DNA of 64,000 bases from Okamejei kenojei (GCA_035221665.1 CM069162.1:22692001-22756000), one strand, 5' to 3'; positions 11,091 through 25,832 are shown, counted from the first letter of the stretch. The notes: generated by a model from the sequence alone, not told the origin. A program made the numbers and translations.

Positions 11091-14000
11091 ATGAGATAAT
11101 TGGTGCTCTCTGGTTGAATATCCAGTAGTTAACTTAGGATATCTTGTACTTCTGGATTCATTCATCAGAGTGAATTTTTTTTGTTTTTGTTTTCTAAGAT
11201 TTTATTTTGCTTGAAGTAGTGTGGGAATGGGCATGGATGTGGGATCATAAAATTAATCATAACCTGTATGGGACATTGCATACCTCAATACTAAATAGGA
11301 TATGGCTTTTATTTTCCTGTTATTAATTTTCAGACTTTTAGATCATATATCTTGCATCTGCTAATACCTTTTATATAGGTTCACCCACTAGGAAAGGAGA
11401 TGAGATTCTAAAAGGCAATGGATACTCGTGGAATCTATACACTAGTGGAAGTCAACATCATTAACAGAGGATGAGAGAGAAAATCATCAAAAGCGTTCTC
11501 AGTGTATCAAAGAGCCTCCTTCACAACTGATTTACATTCATTGAGATTTAATCCATTGCAGGAATGCAGACAATAGGGATTTCCTAGCCTGATAAAGTTG
11601 TCCTGATAAAGAAAATCGCTGTCTTTTAAATGAAGAAGTTCTGTTGTTTTCTGTTTTCAACATGTAAACATTTCCTGTTTAGTTTTCATTTTGCATTTGA
11701 CCAATTTGAACCAAAGCTAGCAAGTCTGACAGTATGGACATAAAGATACGAGTTCTCGTGACCAGCAGTTTGCACTTTGGCCACAGTCATCAATCTAGGT
11801 GTAGTTTACATCCGTAATAGCAATAATTTGGGGAGTTGTAACTTGTATGTAATTTAATATGTAACATATGTAACAAAGCAATGCAAATGGAAGGCTTTGA
11901 GGTGTAAATGGGGAAAAATATCTGGATTTTTAAATATACTTTTAAGAGTAACATTTTGGTACAGTTCGACGAGAAAGTGAGACCAATGCAAGAAAGAAGC
12001 TTCTAATCAGAATTTCTGTGAGTAACTTAAAGTTATCTTCACTATTTGAAACACTTTTTTTAAAGTATCTCCAATGGAAATTCCAGACACTCTTCAATTC
12101 TGTATTTTATTAACTTTGGATGACCTGGTTATTTTCATCATTTCACCGTTTTTGAATAGAAGAGACGCCAAAAAATACATATGTTAATTTGGTTTTAATT
12201 TAAAAGATCTATAAGAAAAAGTTCAGTGCATGTTACTTATATTGTATTGACTAAATCTGCCTTGGAGCGGTCTTTACCAGCAAACATGCCATTTTAAGAA
12301 TTCTGATGTCACCAATAAGGTTTTCATTGAGAGGAATAAAATAGGTATTGATAAACACTAATAACCTGGCAGTATAACATTTGGCATTTGTCCTTTTATT
12401 TAAATGGAACTAAAAGTTCCAACATTTTGTCAGCAACATTTAGAATTTTAGGAGTTCAATTTATGAGCCAGATGAATCATTCAACCAACCTAATCAAAGC
12501 AGATCAGATGGTTATGTATTGAAAGGTGGGAGTGTGCTGTATCATATGTGATTGCTGTATCTGGGCAAATAAATCATTATTTCTGGAAAGCTTAAGTTTG
12601 GAAAATGAAAACGATATAAATGCAAGTTCTTGTTTTTTTAATAATAATTTGTTCAAAAAATTGTATTTGCTAATGGTCATAAAGAATTTAGTAATGCAAT
12701 GCAAATAGGCAACATGGGCTTCATTGATTTGTGTGTTATAGACAGCATTCTGGTTCAAATTTAATGCATGTACAAAATTGAATGCACCTTTGACTGCCAT
12801 TTTAGTAAAGGACTCTAGATAGTTTTTATGCATCAATGGCCCATGCGATGTTAGGCCTGGACTTACCCAAGCTCATTGTGATAGATAAAGCACTGAAATA
12901 GGTCCTTCATCCCACCAAGATCGCATTGACTATCAGCTACTCATTTACCCATACCTAATACAGGTTTGGATGAAGTCTAGAGTCCTTTCTTCCCAGCATT
13001 GGATGGAAGATATCTACAGCCACACAAAGAGCATCTTCCAGCATTCAAGTGCCACAGCATGTAGCCCCATTTTTTAAAAATTCACCAAGCATTCGTACCC
13101 AATATTCTACCACTTTCCTATACACTAAGAGCAAATTACTGTGGCCAGTTAATCTACCAATCCCTTCTGCTCACCTGTAGGCCTGCCAAGGCATCAGAGG
13201 TTCAACTGTGCATGCACATCCATCCCCTTCTATGGCTGCCTCATTACGCTTGACTCGTGTCTTGGCTGCAGGCCACATGCGGCCAGTTACTTGACAATGG
13301 AGATCCTATCCATATAAATCTTTGGAGGAAGAAAGGTGTTAATCAGGGCTGGTTATTTCAGGTGACTGTGTCATCGCAGCTATTTCACTCCTTGGTTGCC
13401 ACCACCTGGAATAAGGTGTAATTCTTGTCCATGTTTTGTTCACGTTCAGGAAAGTGGTGGAAGACAAATGAGACCAATGTACTTGTGTACTCTGTGGTTT
13501 CCTTTGTGTAAATTGCATGACATTTGAGTGTAGATGTAGGGAATGGATGAAATTTGAGCATTCTTTCATCATCTCAGCTTTTCAGCTTGTCACACACATC
13601 GTTGTAATGAGTTGCATTCCTTGGGGTCAACAATTGTCATACTAGTTCACAACTGATTATCTGCCACAAGTGCCATTTTGAAAATAAATGTAATTTTGCA
13701 TTATGGAAGCCTTGTTGCCAAATGCTAGTATTGATGGTGCATATCTAATTGTCCTTGAGGAAATGGTGCTGATCTGCTGCCTGGAGATGCTGCATTCTGC
13801 CTGAACCCATTGCCAACTTTGTATCTTCTGTCGCTAAAAGGGAGTACCTTTTGATATGTTTGAATGTTGTGTCTGTCTTATTGGGTGTTCAAGTTGAAAG
13901 GTTGAAGCTTGGCATATTGGTATATGTACGTAGTATATTGGTATGAATGTGCACTTGAACATTTGGTCAGAAACCGCAGATAATTTATGCATGGCAGCTG

Positions 14001-14289
14001 AGGAGGAAATTTGCTGGCCTCTTCTTGTTTTGGCTCCTGTCAGTTGCCTTTTGAAATCCAATCAGCAAAAGTCTGGACAGGTGATGCCAGTTCCAAGGTG
14101 CCACATATTTTGGAGCATTACAAGGACAAGCTAATCTGCATGATCCCATGACTGCCAATTATTGTCAACACTTGGGAAGACAACGACAGCACAACGGTAC
14201 AGTTCAGTAGAGATAGTCAGAGAATGGGTGACCAGGGTCAGTAAAGAGGTGGGGAGGGAAAAGCAAAACAAATGGGATGCAGTGTTTCT

Positions 14290-14782
14290 TAGAATTAGAC
14301 TATTCAATGTTCATACCAAGCGGATTATGAGGCACTGTACCTCCAGTTTGTGTGTATCCTCACTTTGGCAATGGAGGAGGCCCAGGATGGAAAGATAGTT
14401 AGCAACTGGGAAATCCAGTATGCCTTGGCAGACCAAGCCCGAGTGTTTGGTGCAACAATCGCATACTCTGCACTAAAGAGGGAAGATGATTAGATTTTAC
14501 TGCCTTCTATCACAGTGAAGCATGTGGAATCTGCGTGGTGGATGTTTATGTTAGCTTTTATGTAGTTGTGTGTTTTGTTGCTTTTTTCTGGTAAATCAAA
14601 TTTCACTGTACCTTAAATGGTACACGTGACAATAAAGGACTGTTGAACCGTTGGTCTCGCCAATGTAGAGGAGGACACATTGGGAGTACCGTGTGCAGTA
14701 GATGAGGTTGGAGGAGATGAACGTGAACCACTGCCTCACCTGGAAGCACTGCTGTGGTCCCTGAGCTGAGGAAGGAGGTGTA
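14290..14782 (-). mobile_element. Degenerate Penelope GIY-YIG fragment split by an insertion at 14474-14650
   Basis: CCAAGCGGATTATGAGG, ATGGAGGAGGCCCAGG, TTGGTCTCGCCAATGTAG and TAGATGAGGTTGGAGGAG align in order with 1990-2340. Confidence 0.8.
14474..14650 (+). mobile_element. Short retro-insert with Rex1/Babar-like 3' tail
   Basis: Ends in TTTCACTGTACCT...GGTACACGTGACAATAAA, like the tail of the LINE at 44967-45712, and interrupts collinear Penelope sequence. Confidence 0.6.
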
Positions 14783-15138
14783 CCTTAGTAGAGCTGTTGC
14801 TTTCACTGCCATGGTCTGGTTTACCTAGAATAACATAATTTGTTGGAAATTGTTATGCATTGCATTTAATGTGCCTGCAAAGCTGTCGCAAATAAGAATT
14901 TAATTGTCCTGGTTCATACAACATTTGAACAGCTTGATGACTTGACTAAGTATGATCAAATAAGATATTTTATAGCACTGGTATTTGCTGTGCAATGCAA
15001 GTTCCAGCTTTGGAACAGTAGAACAGCTTGTAACTTATGAAATTTGCTGGTAATTTTCTTTTGACTTTCCCCTCCACTCTGACACCACACTTCAATGTCA
15101 TTCTAAAACCTTCCCTTGAGTAGATAGTCTTAAATTTT

Positions 15139-15785
15139 AGGTGTGGTTGCCACGGAGTCAGCGATGTCCAGCCACAGCTGCCTTCCGCCCCGTCTCCCTC
15201 TGTGTGGCGGCCGCACTGTGACAGGCTGTGGGTCGGCAGCACTCACACACTGGGCTGGGTGGAGCGGGGCCGTAGCTCAGGGCAGGGGACACACGGGGCC
15301 ATAAACCCGGCAACGTCCCCATCAACTGCAGCAGAGTTGGGGACAGTCTGGTCCCTCCGCCCGCCCAGAGTCATTGAATGTGCTGCACCGCCATCGGATC
15401 CTGACCCCCACACTGGGGTGATTCACCCACCGATTCACCCCCCCCCCCCCCCGTTCCCCACCATCACACGGGGTGATTCACCCCCCCCTCCCCCGGACCC
15501 TGACCCACACACGGGGTGATTCAGCCCCCGGATGCCGGGCGTTTCAGCCACCAAACATCGGCCACGGGGACAGATGGCCCGGGGTCCGCGAGTGTGGAAC
15601 CAGTCAGCGTGGAGTCCAGATGCTGGGACAGAAGAAGTGCACGCTGTACTGGCAGCCATAGTAAGTGCTTACCTGACATTCACCGCTTGTTCTCCAGAAG
15701 GCGTTGCGTGGCAACAGTACTTGTCACAGGTCGTGACCTCGACTGCCGTGCAACCTCCCTATTCAGGCTGCTTTGCTGGTAGAGG
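15139..15785. promoter_or_regulatory. CpG-island-like GC-rich block with a small internal repeat; origin unknown
   Basis: Sharp GC/CpG rise (roughly 35 CpGs in about 650 bp by eye) against AT-rich flanks; three copies of GGGGTGATTCA; X-box-like GTTGCGTGGCAAC at 15703-15715. Confidence 0.4.
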
Positions 15786-18700
15786 TCTTATCAAGTTTAA
15801 AATTTAAAACCTATCTGATCACAGTCAGTCCTAACCAACTCCCAGCCCAAGGACATGTAGAATAGGTTCAAGACTGGACCCAAAAGCATTTCCAGAGAAA
15901 ATGCTAAAAAGAGTCACCATACGGCATGTACATTGCTGTATATGTCATTGATCAAAAACTCTACCATTATACTGAGCATAACTCTGATCTGAATGAAGCT
16001 CTGAGCTGCACTGAACCTAGATGTTTTATCAGAAAAGATGCTTGGCGGGAGTCACATCAGACACAGGGCGTGCAGCCAGGTTCTAATTCCTTGCATGTGC
16101 AGACTGGCTGTGGTCGTTCCACAAGTTCTGGAGTTGCAGCAATGTTAGGTAATGCTATTACTAGTAAATGCTCTTTTGTTGAGGGAACAGCATTGTTACT
16201 GCTCCCAGGATGCTGGGAGGACCTGGTTTAAATAAAGTTATTTTGGATTACAGACTTTAAAATATTCTGTTTTATATAGCTAGGTGTAGAAGATGTTCAT
16301 CTCAGAAACTAATAGAACAAGAGGTGTATACAACCATCAGTAAAAAAAGCACAATCTTATTTTACCGCAATACACTTTCTAACAGAAATATTAAGGGTAT
16401 AATATCAGCTTTTTTGTATTCTTTGCCTTGTGCGGTGGGGTTATAATCGCAGTTCCAACCTAGCTGAAAACAGAAACTGAACAAGATGGGCATCCTGATT
16501 GGGCGCTTCTGTTTGTGTGACATGATTCAATTGAAGTCTGTAAGCTCAGACCTTACAAAGTCATTCACTAGTATTTTCCCTTTTCAAATTGAACAATGTT
16601 AGCATTATCGTTAATAATGTTATGCTATTTGAGCCCCAGGTGTCAATCATCTAAAATTTAAGTATATGTATCATTAGTAAACTCATCCTTTTCTTACAAG
16701 GGTTAAAAATTCTCCATATGTTTTAGACTTGAAATAGTGCTTGCCTTTCTTGGTCATTTTTGCTGGAATAATGGCTCCTTATTCTAAATAAAAACTTTGG
16801 AAACCCCACATGCCCAGAAATGTCTCCACTCGCATTGGCAGAATCTTTGTATTATTTGCTCCAGATTTGCTCCACATTTTTCCAGCTTGCTCCAAATTAA
16901 TTAAATATTGATTCAACTTTAAAATCCATTGCTTATTACATATTTATCTTAACTTATTTATGCATGTACAAAGGTGGAAATATTCTCTCCACGAACTCAT
17001 CACGAATAAACAACGTACCTTTTTGTAAGTCATAAAAATGTTCACTGTATGACAGTCATACTACATAACTGGCATTTCCAAAGCATGCAACTCAAGAAAT
17101 GCAAACAGTTACATTAAAGTGTTAATATACAGACCTGCACAAGCATTTATGAAACCAATATGTTTTGTTTTCCTGTCTGAGGTTTTATTAGTAACAGGAT
17201 GTGGGCAGTTGAAGGCCACATGAGGGTCAGAGGAACAAGATTATTACATTGGGTGTTTGAGAGGAACCTATTGGTACTGTTTTGATTAGCACAGGAATGC
17301 ATTCAGGATTACGCCCTGTTTCAAGAAAAACAGTAGATGGTTTCACTTGAAGTGCAGAATCCAGTGTACACAGATCCTAAGAAATTGGATCCATTTGCGT
17401 GGAGTTTTTTTTTGTGTGCAAATCATGACTCCTTTTACCACGGCTGACATTTGCTTGGCGTCAGTCAGCTAATAATGTCATAGGTCGCCTAGCACACATT
17501 TCCTCCACTGCCGGCAGAAATTGAATTTTTGAGGGGGAAACCTATGACCTTCACTGTTCACTCACTAAAAAAGGAACACCAGAGTGTGATGGCAGTTAAA
17601 GGTTGTGCATTGTTGCATCAAACTCTGGTACACAGTGTTTCTCAGACTCATTTTTCAATGGTCAGCATTCTACTACAGAATTCACTGGAGCTGTGATGAC
17701 TGCCTCATTCTTCAGCTGACAGTGGCGGAGGATCAGTCACAATATGATAGTTGATAGGACAGTATAGTATCTCATGGGGGGCTGGGGGAAGAGGCCCCAG
17801 ATACACCCCCAGTTCTGTGTCTACCCTTAATCCACAAACCACAAATTTCTTTGGAAGTCTTTTCCCTGCCTGCCATGTGGAGAGTTCTTTTTAAATGCTT
17901 CACAGTCAGTTTGACAATAATCAGCAGCTGCAAACGTGCATGCTAAATGCACTCTTGCTGAATGTTATCTTTTTGTTTAATAAAGGAACTAGAGTGTGCA
18001 CGCGCTATACATTCTAAAACACCAGACTCCATGTCGTCGCAAAATATTTTCATTTCTCTCGTTGGTTTTTAGCCTGCGTGCATTTTACCTTTGAATTGAA
18101 TGGAATGCAAAATTGGATCAGAATTTTGAAAATGATAGGTATTCAGTAATAATACCCATGAAATAATAACATGTTAGCAATATGAATCTATCAAAGAAAA
18201 GGTACGAAGTACTTTTAAATTATGCTAAATTAATGACCACATTTCACTAATGCTGCAGGAGGAAGTATTAAGACGTCGTGTAGTCACATAGTGAGTATAA
18301 GGTGGTGTGGCTAAAAGTAATAGGGATAATGTTTTTAATAATGGTCCACTGTTGATGAACTTTACAATTGCTCTGCTGTTTTAATCTTAATTGACAATGT
18401 GTGTTGCTCCTAACAGGTTGGGAATATCTTCACAGTTTTACTTCTTGTATCCTGCAAATTCTTATCTCTGGAATAATGTAATTGTTGTGCAGTAGTGAAT
18501 TGTCCATCCAGATTTTTTTTACCTTAAATGTACATTTTGACTTCTTGATTTGGCATAAAGTTCAAACTTAGAATTTATATTCATATACTGCAGGGATCAT
18601 TACAAGGATCTCCCAGACTGTTAACAGCAAGTACCAAGCAGGACCCCTGCAGGGTCTCAGTAGTACCAGCCTGTCCGTGTCCCCAAAGTCCCTCTTTTCT

Positions 18701-21700
18701 CTTTGCTGCAGCATCCTTTCAGTGGCAACTGTCCTGCAGTGGGAAGAGTGTTGATGTGTTGTGGTATATCTCTGTATATTGTTTCGGGTCAGGTAGGGAC
18801 CTACTAGCCTACATGCTTGCAGATGACAAAAGCTGTTCTGTGAAGTTCATAATTGCAGTTATTTTTATGTTGCTTTTATAAACCTGGTGCCAGAGTAAGC
18901 CACAATGCTGTTTTAATGTTAAAAAACAGGCAAATAATAATTTTGAGCCAATTGTCTTTAAACATGTCCATGAAGATTAGTTCAGTTGAATGAAGCACTG
19001 TAAGATTACTGAAATGGGGAAGGGGTGGTTGGGGTCCAGATGCAAGTATACTGCAGGAATGAAGACAGACTTGCTATTGTAGAGACATTTTGTTGAAGAA
19101 AGTGGTATACTATTCCACCAACAACTTACTATTTTGGCAGTGTTATCTGTGGTTCTTTCATCTGCCAAACCACTGATCAGATTTAATACCGTCATATTCA
19201 AGATGGGACAGTATATTTGTTGTTAAAACTAGATTGTATGAATCTTTTAGTGTCGAATGGTTTTCTCTTGATTTGAAGTTGAGTTGTTAAGTAAGCAATC
19301 AATTGTTTTTAAACTTCTGTTTGTTTTTTCTTATTTGGAAAGAATAAAAAATTAAAATTGAAACAGTATTAATACTGAATTCTCCAATTGTATGTAACCC
19401 CCTAACAACCCCCCCCCCCTTTTATTTTTCCCCCACAACCCCCTCTCTTTCCTCCCTCTCCCCCTATCCTTTCCAGGGCCCCACCGGGACTCCCACCTGA
19501 TTCTCCCCTCCAACCCTTCTCCATACCACTATTTTCCTCCCCCTGGCGACACAATCCGCAATTCTTCAACCTGTTTCACACCTATTGTTCTTATCTCTGG
19601 CCTTTGTTCCAACCATTTAATTGATGGGAATGCAAGGTGATACATTTGTGATCTTTGGGAATTGAATCTAATTGGTTGTATTAGGAGTACATATTCTGAT
19701 GTAACACTTGAACTGGATTAAATTTTTTGATGTCTTCCATTGTTGCCTTGTAACTAGGTAACAAATGTTTACTCAGTTTTTGCAAACGCCTGCAGAACTT
19801 TGCAAACCATGGCACTCTGCACCCCTTAATCTCAGCCTGAACAGATTACTTTGAAATACTGGCAGCTTATCCAGGAGTAGTTTTTAAAACACCTAATTGA
19901 AAATTGTCATGAGGAATTCATCATGAGGAATTAATGTTTTGTTGGGAAATGCAGCAAATTTTACTTATTGTCAGAGTGTTGTAGTGTGGTTGGAGCTAGC
20001 CATGAAAAAGTGGAAAATAAAACTGCTGAATGGTTATACGATAAATTGTTTGGTCCAGATGCACCCAGAACAGGTTATTCTGGGCTTGGATTGCTGTTGT
20101 ATGCTGAATTACCTGATCATGTAGTCATTTATGGCAAAGAAGGCATCTATACCGCCAAAAAAGAGCTGTTGAGCAAATCTCACTTTCCAGCTCTTGTACT
20201 TGTTTCATGGCTGCCCCTACCATTCCTTAGGTGAAAGCAAAATTGCTCAATGTCCCCTTCTAAATTTTTTGTGCCCTCGTTAAGTAATAGATCTCAGCTG
20301 GTACTATGAGATGACAAAGAGGGCAGATTATGACAGCCCTCCGTGACTGCAGAATAACATTGGGCATAGTGGGCACCTTGCCACCACTTAGACCATCATC
20401 CTTGGTTTCAAGTTGAATAGCTAAAGACTTGCTTCTTTTTCCACAGATGTTGCCTGACCGGCTGAGAATCTCCAGCAATTTTTGTTTTTAATCCAGTTCC
20501 AAGTGTTGTTGAAGACAGGTTTTCGCTTACCTAAGCAAAAACAGCTGGAGGAAGCCAACCTGATGCATCGATTATCCCCTGGCTTCCACCAATGCTGCCT
20601 GACCTGCTGCTGTCTGGCAGTTTCCTGTACCAGATTACTGCTTGTGCAATCTCTTTTGCCCCTGTTTAGCTAAAAATGGTCCAACCTTTTACACAGCTCA
20701 TCATGGGTCACTTTTGAAACCTCACTGGAAAGTTGGGCAGTGTACAAATGGGCTGTGATTGTGCTCGAACACAAAGGAGAAACTTAGGGAAGTGTGTTTT
20801 GAAACAAAATTTTGGTCAATCGATTGTTTTCATGTTAAATAATTTGATATAATATTTATTGTACTTATTTTAATAAGTATTGCATTTGTTCATCTTGGGG
20901 GGTGGAATAGAGTAGGATGTTGATTGTGTTGGAGGTAAACAAGAGGATGTAGAAACTCTTCTGTTTACCAGATGTGATGAGTAAAATGGCAGAAAACCAT
21001 TTGAGCAAGGAATTTACTGCTGGGCTTAGGCGGATTTATAGTGACCCTGATAGAAGCCTTTGTAGAAGTGGTAGAGCAGTGTGGGGGAGGGAACTGGTGA
21101 AGAATGAAAGATAACACATTCAGATTTTGTGGCGGTTTTATGAAAAACCCAGGGAGCTTAGCTGTTGGGTCCCTTTGATTTATTAGCCATACTACAGGGG
21201 CTGTTAGCCAGATCTCCCTTCATTTAACTCTGTTCTGCCTCTGTTTAGGATAAAGTAAAATAAAAATATTGTTATGTTATTTGTCCAATGGTTGTCGTGA
21301 CGGTATCCCGTGTTGATTTTGTCACATTCGAATTCTGATTTAATTATCAAAAATATCATCGAAAAAGAGAAAGGAAGTAGACGTAAAGTCTAGTATGGCT
21401 GTAGTAAAAAAATGTTTTGACAACTTGCATTTACAAGTTCAAGTTTAACACTAACTGGTGTAAAGACTACTTTTTTGAAAGTGAAAACAACTTTAGGTTG
21501 TCAATACAAACACCAGTGTTGGTAAGTTTATAGAACTAATTAGATTTAAAAAGTATATCTTAAACAGGAATCAGAGTAAAGACTTTGTCTACCTCAGAAT
21601 GAGATTTGATATAAGGCAGGTTAGTATAAGAAAGATTCCTAACAGCACTATACAATGCAAACGGCTGTGGATTTAAAACCGGTTTCGCCCCCTTGATGAC

Positions 21701-23499
21701 CCTACTTTTAGTACAGTTTAAGAGTTTGGAAGCAGTCATCTGCCAACCAACTCTCAATCCCCTCCTCCTCCCGCCCCCTTCAGGGTCGTGTTAAATTCTC
21801 TGCTTTCTGGTCATCACAAAAACACTGTGACTGTAATCATTAAGGGGCATTCAGGGCAATTAAAGCTAACCATTCCTGATGATCACTTTTCAAGATGGCA
21901 ATTAAAGCTTGAACGAATTATAAAAAAGGGGCCAGACAGGATTTTTACAGCTGCATGGTGACTTTCTTTAATTTCTTCTCCCTTCACAGCTGGGGGGCAG
22001 ATATTTGGATTTTCTTTTGTGCTTCTTTGGGGTTGGTTGTGAAGTTATAAAGTTGCCAGTAAAAGTTTAATAGGTAGATTTAGAATTATTTTCTACTTTA
22101 GTTCAAACATTGAATCTTAGATGTATCATGAATTTGGAAAGCATTGTTAGATTGTTTAAGATGGTTGTCTTTATGCCTATTACATGCATGCTAAGTGTAG
22201 TAAGGTCGCTAGCTACTTTTAACAGCTTCTTTTAAATTGCCATGATATAATGAAAGCAATGTGTGGGTTACATTTTTTTATTTTAGCGAAAGAAAACTAT
22301 GATTCCCAATATACATGCAGAAATTAAAAATCCATCCTTTATTTTGATAACTGAGTGAGTGAAGTACTGTGCTTTCATGTTTAAAACAGGGAGAGAAAAA
22401 TTTGTGTTTCATGGTCTTTGTGGCTATGTGCTGGGTTTATTTTTTCCCATCGGAGTACTGATAATGTACTGCCAGTTACCTTATGGGGTCATGAGGTCGG
22501 ATTCAGAAGTTAGAAAGTCCGCAGTCACTAGGGACTTTACCATCTGGTGGTCATAAAACAGGTAATGGTCAAAGTTTCTTTTTTTGGAAGGGGGAGGAGG
22601 CGGGGAAGGAAGACATGGTCCAGACTGTTGAAATGAGGCCGTGCCCTGAAGCAGACAGTGTTATGGCCATACTTTTTTCTGCTTGTGTGTCTGTTGAAGG
22701 GTCAAAAGTTCAGCCTGTCCAATTTGGAGATAGGAGCAGGCAGGAGGGCTGGAATGCAATGCTGTAAAACTGCTTCTCCTCCTTTCCCTTATGACCCGCC
22801 TCTCTGCCTCCACATGCTGTGAGGAGGATCAACTCTTCGGCTGGCTATGTGTAACGAAGACTGCCATTGTCTCTCTCTGCCAGTCCTGATTATCCTTTCC
22901 ATTGAGAGGTTAAAACCCCTAGTGGGGGGGCTTTTATATATGCCGCTACTAGTAAAAAAAACTTTTCCTGGATCTGAGTATTCTGTTTTTTAAATAACAA
23001 TTAGTCATCTATGTACAATAAAATCCACTACATACAGTAGTAAACATTATTGGATTCTCAATTTGATCCAATTATCCGCATTGGATTTCTACTGCAAAGT
23101 GGAATTCATTTGCTGTTATAGCAGCAACACAGTGATGTGTAGTGATGTAGTAAAGTGTGTGGTGTTGCTTTTAATTTTTATCTTTAAAGCCTTTGTTTTC
23201 TTCCACGATAATACATTTATTTTAGAGTTATTGCTATGTTCATCGACAAGCCTGCACAAGAAAACCGTGGCTAAATACAAAGTTTCCTCCGATAACAAGT
23301 TTAGATTTTGGTGTTCAAGAAGAAAGAAACAGTTTGAGAAAAAAGTTTGTTGGGAATGTTTACAGCATCTGCAATTTTTTATTTTTACTAACACAATGAT
23401 ACTCTTACTCAGTAATCCCTTACTCGGTTATAGTGGACAATCGGCAATAATGGACATAGTTTCTCCCCCCCCCCCCCATGGTCCATTGTAACAAAGGTT

Positions 23500-23720
23500 T
23501 GCCGTATGGGCCAGTCCTCCAACTCAAAGCAGATGCAAAGGGTCTTGTATGTTTCCTCAGACCAGTATTGCATGACTTTCTGTACCAGACCCTCCTGCTT
23601 TAATTTCTGATTGTAAGCGGGCCGTAGAAGCTCAGCCAACTCATCAGATTTACCAAAGTGCGGTCAAAAGATGGTAGTAGGCGTCTTTGATGGATGTGTA
23701 GAGTTCTAACAATATTTTGG
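23500..23720 (-). mobile_element. Rex1/Babar-type LINE internal fragment (end of the endonuclease domain)
   Basis: Minus strand encodes HFGKSD then LLRPAYNQKLKQEGLVQKVMQYWSEE...CFELEDW, typical of this LINE group. Confidence 0.7.
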
Positions 23721-25832
23721 GAGGGTGGAACAACTGATGTGTTTAACAAAATATTATGCGATTGGTTTCTTTCTTAATTGACTTGGCATTATCCAATGGT
23801 CCAAACTGACTGTCCAATGTAGTTCCTCTCTGATTAAAAATCACTAGTTTTATATAGAGCAGGGATTCTGTTCTGCCGCTCCTATATTGAAGGATTACTT
23901 GTGTTTGTAATGAAGTTTTCTGTGAAATGCGGTTGAAAATTAAGGACCCCTCATCAGATGCATGCCATCTCCTCTGACACCTGTAGGTAAATAATAGATG
24001 ACTTGACTGCTGTAAATTGTCCCTGTTGTGTAATTGAGTGGTAGAATTTGTGAAGAGTTAATGGGCATTTGGGAGAAATGGTTACAAAGAAAATTAGTCA
24101 GTGAGCCTGCTTAATTCAAAGGTATGAAGTGTTTTCCTATGTTGTAAGGAAATATCAAAATAAAATGTAAAGGGTAGGATGTTGAAATGCCACTTGCAAA
24201 TGGTTCTGGAATTCTACCCTCTAAACGTTTTATTCTAAAGGGCAGGGAATTGCTTGGTAAAAAGTTACCTAGTGAGAGGGGAGTCAATTCATGATGTTGA
24301 CTTGTGAGATCCTGGCAAGTTGAATTTAAATCATATGGATGAAAGGCAGTGGCTATGGGGATTTGACTGCGGACTCCATCCTTTTAAGTCTGCCCTCTGA
24401 AATTAAGAAGTTTGTGAGGTGGATAGAATTTCTGCTCATCTTGGGATTCAGGAGAAATTCAACTCATGCTGTTCTGAACAAGGAACCAAGCATTACTGAG
24501 TCACTGGGTGAGCTTCATCCATCACTTTACTCCCTGCTCCATCGCACGCAGCCCCTGAAGAAATGTTAGCTTTTGACTTCATTTCCTTTTTAGCTTTCAT
24601 CGCTGCTTTCCTGTCCCTGCACCATCTAATATTCAAGTCTCCATTGTGCTAGCTCTCTGTTGAAACATTCAATAAGGATATCACACTTCAGCCCGGAAAC
24701 TTAAGTGAGTCCATTGAAAAGAAGTGTAGGAGCACCCTGATTAGAACTGCTCTAAATATCATTTCCCCATGAAGAAATGTGTATAATTGGGGCAGACATT
24801 TTGAATTTAGGATACGTGAAATAGATTTAGGTGATTTTTGCTCGTTTGCCGCTATTATAATTTGTGGATTTTTGAGTTCCCTTTGATCAATCATTTAATA
24901 TATATCCATCAATGAGTTCCATACATTGTTTAATGTAACAGAGTAATGATGCTGGTTGATTACCACAAAGTTCAAATGATTAAGCAATTCAGTAAATTAG
25001 TTAAGTTATTATTGAGGATAAGACACTTACTCAAGTTGTTATCTGTTCTCATGTGAAATGAGGCAGAGTCCACTGGTTCAAAAGGTCATAACCTTTTCTC
25101 TGCTGGTCACTGCAGATTCTTGGAGCTCAGATGTGGAGGTGGGAGTAGAATAGTATTAGCAACAATGGAAGTGTATATCACTTTCAGAGCAGCAATGACG
25201 TTATAGCCCTTTTACCTACTGTACTTGTACCTATTTCTAAGCATCAGGCATAACAAAGCTTTTGGAACTACAGAATGAATGCAAATTTAATTAGATTTTT
25301 CTTTCTTGGGAATTGTGTTCTGATCTGTCAGTTTTACTGGCCCTGAGGTTTCAGCCAGTGCTGAGCACCTTCCTTAGGGTGATAATTGTGGCACTGCTCC
25401 ATGCAGTCTACATCTTCAAAGTGTTTACATGAGAAACATCAAAAAGTTGCAAGGGCAAAAAATATGGGATTCTTTTCACACCTAATTTGGCCTGGGAACA
25501 AATATATTTTACTGGGCCAATTTTGAGGAAAGTAATGCCACAATTTATGTTGCACGACTACAGTGTTTATTAATATAAACCCTATACTGTAGTTTGCACA
25601 CATCTCATTGAATCTGTAAATTTTTAAATGGCTAGGTTACATTTTCATCTATATCCTCTCAAAACATCCTGCGCACATGCTGATTGTGCGCAAAAAAACT
25701 GTATGACAGAAAAACGCCTTGCTTTTTATACTTTAGGTGAATTAGATAATATGTTTTGAAAGTAGTTTGAATTTATTAGCTTGATGTCTATTGTATATAC
25801 CTACATGTGGGAAATTGGTAATATTGATTAGA

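Noticed and set aside
11380-11640. Acceptor-like site followed by purine-rich exon-like sequence
   Set aside because: All frames close quickly and no convincing donor follows.
15202-15807. Overlapping proline-rich ORFs
   Set aside because: A by-product of high GC and poly-C runs; no recognisable protein.
19968-20234. 88-aa ORF with protein-like composition
   Set aside because: Non-ATG start, no recognisable domain and no clear splice boundaries.
23063-23491. 142-aa ORF
   Set aside because: Low-complexity translation of T-rich DNA with a non-ATG start and no homology.
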